Origin: Saccostrea echinata
Taxonomy: Eukaryota
Length of the DNA: 64,000 nucleotides
Assembly (NCBI RefSeq): GCF_033153115.1
Contig: NW_026889814.1
Span: 1,736,001-1,800,000, forward strand
Reading direction: 5' to 3'
Shown here in pieces: positions 61,201 to 64,000 of this stretch. Made by a program: the position numbers and the translations under genes. Every line of letters begins with the position of its first letter. Position 1 is the stretch's first letter. The notes under the pieces are model-generated. The model did no database searches, was not told the DNA's origin, and saw nothing but the letters and a program-made list of their open reading frames with translations.

Positions 61201-62969
61201 ACTTGAGTAATGGAACATAAATAATTATTTGTCAAGGGTGTTGTGTCACTCTTACATTGTCCTATTAAGTATCTCACAGCACAATCATCATCACGGCAGC
61301 TTAGCCACTGGTGAAGTGTTTTCAAGTGGCCAAGGAAAACAGTAGCTATAGTATTATGATTATGTTAATTAATATAAATTCTGAGCATTATAATTGCACT
61401 TGATTTTAGGGCCTTTCCTGAACTATGCAAAAGCATCACTGAATTTTTTGACCTCGTCAGCAAAATAACGGAAGTCAATTTTGCATGTTTGTGTTGTTTT
61501 CGTTTTTTTTCTCCCACAACTACTGGTACATAGCTCTTGAGTTTTTAATACGTAAATGAACACATGACTTTAAAATGTGTAAATGTAATGTGTACAAAAC
61601 TGCACAGAGACCTCGGTATATTTTAACATCTTACCCTAGATTTCCTGTTGTGGCTTTTACAAGTTTTTGACTGAGTTTGTTGAGATGTTTTGCATAATTT
61701 CCCTCTAAGTCAGCCCTGTAAAATACTGTGTTACATGAAGACAAGGACATAAAATAAATGTCAGATAAAAAATCATAATACATAAAAATTGATTTTTAAA
61801 TAAAAAAAAATTTCAGGTACCAGTTAACCTTTTGCGAGCAAATTGAAAAATTAAGGTTCACAATCCCTCTGCTCATTTGTATAAATTTTTGCTTTAAGAC
61901 TAACAATATTTCAGAATAAATTTGATTTACAAATATTTTCATTCCACATGTATTTTTTTTTTAATAGTGTGTGGAAAGCTACAGCATTTAAAACAGCGTA
62001 CCATGGATGGGGAGGTGAAAAGGTTAAAATATGATTTTTATTTTGACTTCAAAACGTTGAATGCCATGCAAATGCAACGTCATTAGTGAAAATCAAATTC
62101 ACGCTCACAATGAACAGTTTAATGGTAATACCTTTTGCAATGGCTCTTCCATTTGTTATAACTTAGCCAAAGGATAATACAGAGCTTTGAAATATAAATC
62201 ACAATTGCAGACAAGGCAGGGAGTTAAAAAATGTAAATATATAAGCATTGAATTATTATTTTTTGAAAGATATATAGTCACATAATTGCAAAGGTGTGTG
62301 CAAACAAATTTTCACAACAAGCTTTATTCAACTTGTATGCACACACTAATAAAAATCCAATGCTCAATTAAAATATTATACACAATTTCAAAATTTGACA
62401 GAAATGGTCTTTCAAGGTGATAGTTTTATAAAGAAATGTATATGGTCATTTATACTAGTAAGAGTTATCTCTTTTTTAGAGGGTTGGTGAATCTTAATTT
62501 GAGATTTCCATACCAGGAAAAAAAAAACTTATATAATTCACCCCTTATAACTATACCAGCAAAATCAAGAAGGATCATTGTGAAAACTAAATGATTTTAC
62601 TGAATATTCATGAACTACTATTTTATGTCTCAGACAGATGGACTTTGACATCTCTATCTTCTAAAGTTTGTGCTTTTATAATTGACTTAATTAATAAGTG
62701 GATAAATATATATGCATTAAAATTTTATTCTAGTATTTTTTTTTAATAATTAATTGTTAATTAATTGTTCAAATAATTAAAATATTTTACTTTGATAACA
62801 CTCACTGACCCTTTCATATATTAATACAGTTTAAGTACAGGATTAAGGATACTTATGTGTACTTCAACATATCTACCACAAACCTTTCCTGGATAATGGC
62901 CGACACTTCCTTACAGAATTCACTCCCTTGTTTGATGTACTTCCTTAATTCCTCAAAACCATTCAGGCC
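52286..62969 (-). CDS. NOSTRIN: Nostrin (F-BAR + HR1 + SH3), 15 exons / 496 aa visible, first exon(s) not found in the window
   Basis: GT-AG exons 62969-62884, 61715-61635, 60408-60346, 60213-60132, 59650-59588, 59293-59195, 58762-58646, 57288-57181, 56603-56484, 55680-55572, 54994-54906, 54265-54137, 53814-53682, 53342-53235 and 52389-52286 join in frame. FCH start GFEELRKYIKQGSEFCKEVSAIIQERADLEGNYAK; LLDCYAED..MNAERRK; LEASHYKIASVLAKLE; SH3 CRALYDYDANRNDELTIKHGDVI...WWQGELQGRVGIFPATYVEEI. Collinear with vertebrate nostrin as recalled. Confidence 0.93.
54429..54607. mobile_element. Tc1/mariner-type MITE
   Basis: TA|CCGTATATACTCGCCTATAAGTCGG...CCGACTTATAGGCGAGTATATACGG|TA perfect TIR. Confidence 0.92.
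56197..56505 (-). repeat. 32-bp tandem array (9 copies) spanning a nostrin splice donor
   Basis: Unit ACAGATATTATTAGACTGCTAC|GTAAGTCAAC = last 22 nt of the exon + first 10 nt of the intron. Confidence 0.92.
56573..56715 (-). repeat. Triplicated nostrin splice acceptor / exon start
   Basis: CAG|AGTT(G/A)TGATAAATTAC at 56708, 56660 and 56603. Confidence 0.9.
56971..57149. mobile_element. Tc1/mariner-type MITE
   Basis: TA|CAGTCAAAC...GTTCAACTG|TA; homologue at 6357-6522. Confidence 0.75.
57935..58690 (-). repeat. Four tandem copies (56-69 bp) of a nostrin exon end + donor
   Basis: ...GAGTGGGA.TT.AATGT..CC.AG|GTAAGGTTCAAA with GT at 58645, 58589, 58020 and 57952. Confidence 0.9.
58055..58546. 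mobile_element. hAT-family MITE inserted in the donor-repeat array
   Basis: TAGGGCTGTCAC...GTAACAGCCCTA; 8-bp TSD GTCATACT/GCCATACT. Confidence 0.88.
59972..60148 (-). repeat. 47-bp tandem array (4 copies) spanning a nostrin splice donor
   Basis: GCCAGAAAACC(G/T)|GT... with GT at 60131, 60084, 60038 and 59991. Confidence 0.88.
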
Positions 62970-63227
62970 CTATAAAATAGTAAAATCATGACAACGTCAC
63001 TATTTCTGAAAGGAAATAAAAAACTAAATAAAAGCCTGACAACACAACTATTTCGAAAAGGAAGTACAGAATAATGTTTTCTTCAAAAAAAACCATTCAA
63101 ATTAATGTATGATATAAATTTTAAGGTAGATCATGATAGAAAAGGGCAACTATTATTTCCCTACAACAATGCAGCTACTATATATTTCATATTTCTTCCC
63201 ATTCAGAAAATAGGAATATGGCCATCT

Positions 63228-63450
63228 TTAAAAAAATGTTTGCTTGCCCTCTCCTGACCCAAAGAGGCAGGGGAAAAATTATTTTTTCAGAAATTTTTCA
63301 ACATCAACGCTTAATTTTTAAAATTTTATATTGGAATTGAAGGTATTAATAAAATTGAGATAATTGTTGATAGGATGAAGAATTATAATTATAATTCCCA
63401 GAGGCCATTTTTAGTCAGTTAGACTGGAGAGGGCAAACAAACAATTTTTT
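63228..63450. mobile_element. MITE-like inverted repeat
   Basis: aaaaaatgtttgcttgccctctcc ... ggagagggcaaacaaacaattttt. Confidence 0.55.
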
Positions 63451-64000
63451 GCAAAGAATTTTGTTGAAACACCAAATACACCTGCTTATACATTTGACAG
63501 ACAATTTATGTCTAGCTATTATGTACCGGGGGAGGGAGGGGGTATTGTAAGGCGTATTGTACTTTAGTTTTCAACACAGTTCACTGATACATGTACTTAC
63601 TTGTACATGTACTAATACATACATTGCCATGCATGTACATTTATGCAAAAAAAAAGCATTATTTAAAAAAAAGAAATAACAATGTACGGAAGTACTGATC
63701 TAGCTGTATTTATCAAATGAACATACACTTCACGATCAAACAGAGGTCTACTGAAAATTCTTGAAAAAATTTCTGTAAAATTAGCAACAAATTTCATGGT
63801 CAGTTTGATCTTATGGGACAAAGCTATGAAACACAACATAATGAAACTGCAACATCACTGAATCAGTAAATTCTAACATTCAATATACCATATGAAATGG
63901 AATAATATATGTAACAAATAATGTGACTGTGTGATCTGCTTTGAACTTTAAATACAATTATTTGTCGTAATTTTCTATTTAAAGGGAAAAAGGAAATATG

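Noticed and set aside
63590-63610. Candidate nostrin first exon (ATGTACAA|gtaagt)
   Set aside because: Wrong phase for the exon starting at 62969; the start probably lies beyond the window

Overview
AT-rich, repeat-dense animal genomic DNA with three assembly gaps (1806-1961, 10169-10345, 17683-17832). The repeat repertoire (HINE/Helentron-like elements, tRNA-SINE, Penelope-like RT remnants, CR1, many MITEs) and an NHL-propeller family suggest a bivalve, probably an oyster; this is an inference. Two intact spliced genes were assembled by hand: a 10-exon aldo-keto reductase (+, 10831-17643, 320 aa) and 15 exons of an F-BAR/HR1/SH3 nostrin orthologue (-, 52286-62969, 5' end not found in the window). 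Also present are a convergent AKR pseudogene, a small family of two-exon NHL-repeat genes sharing a 5-codon first exon (one near-intact, three relics), a frameshifted LRR signal-peptide exon and many transposons with verifiable TSDs, often nested. The most unusual signal is in nostrin: at least four, probably five, splice junctions have each seeded their own tandem-repeat array containing copies of the splice site. One of these is an in-frame triplicated acceptor.
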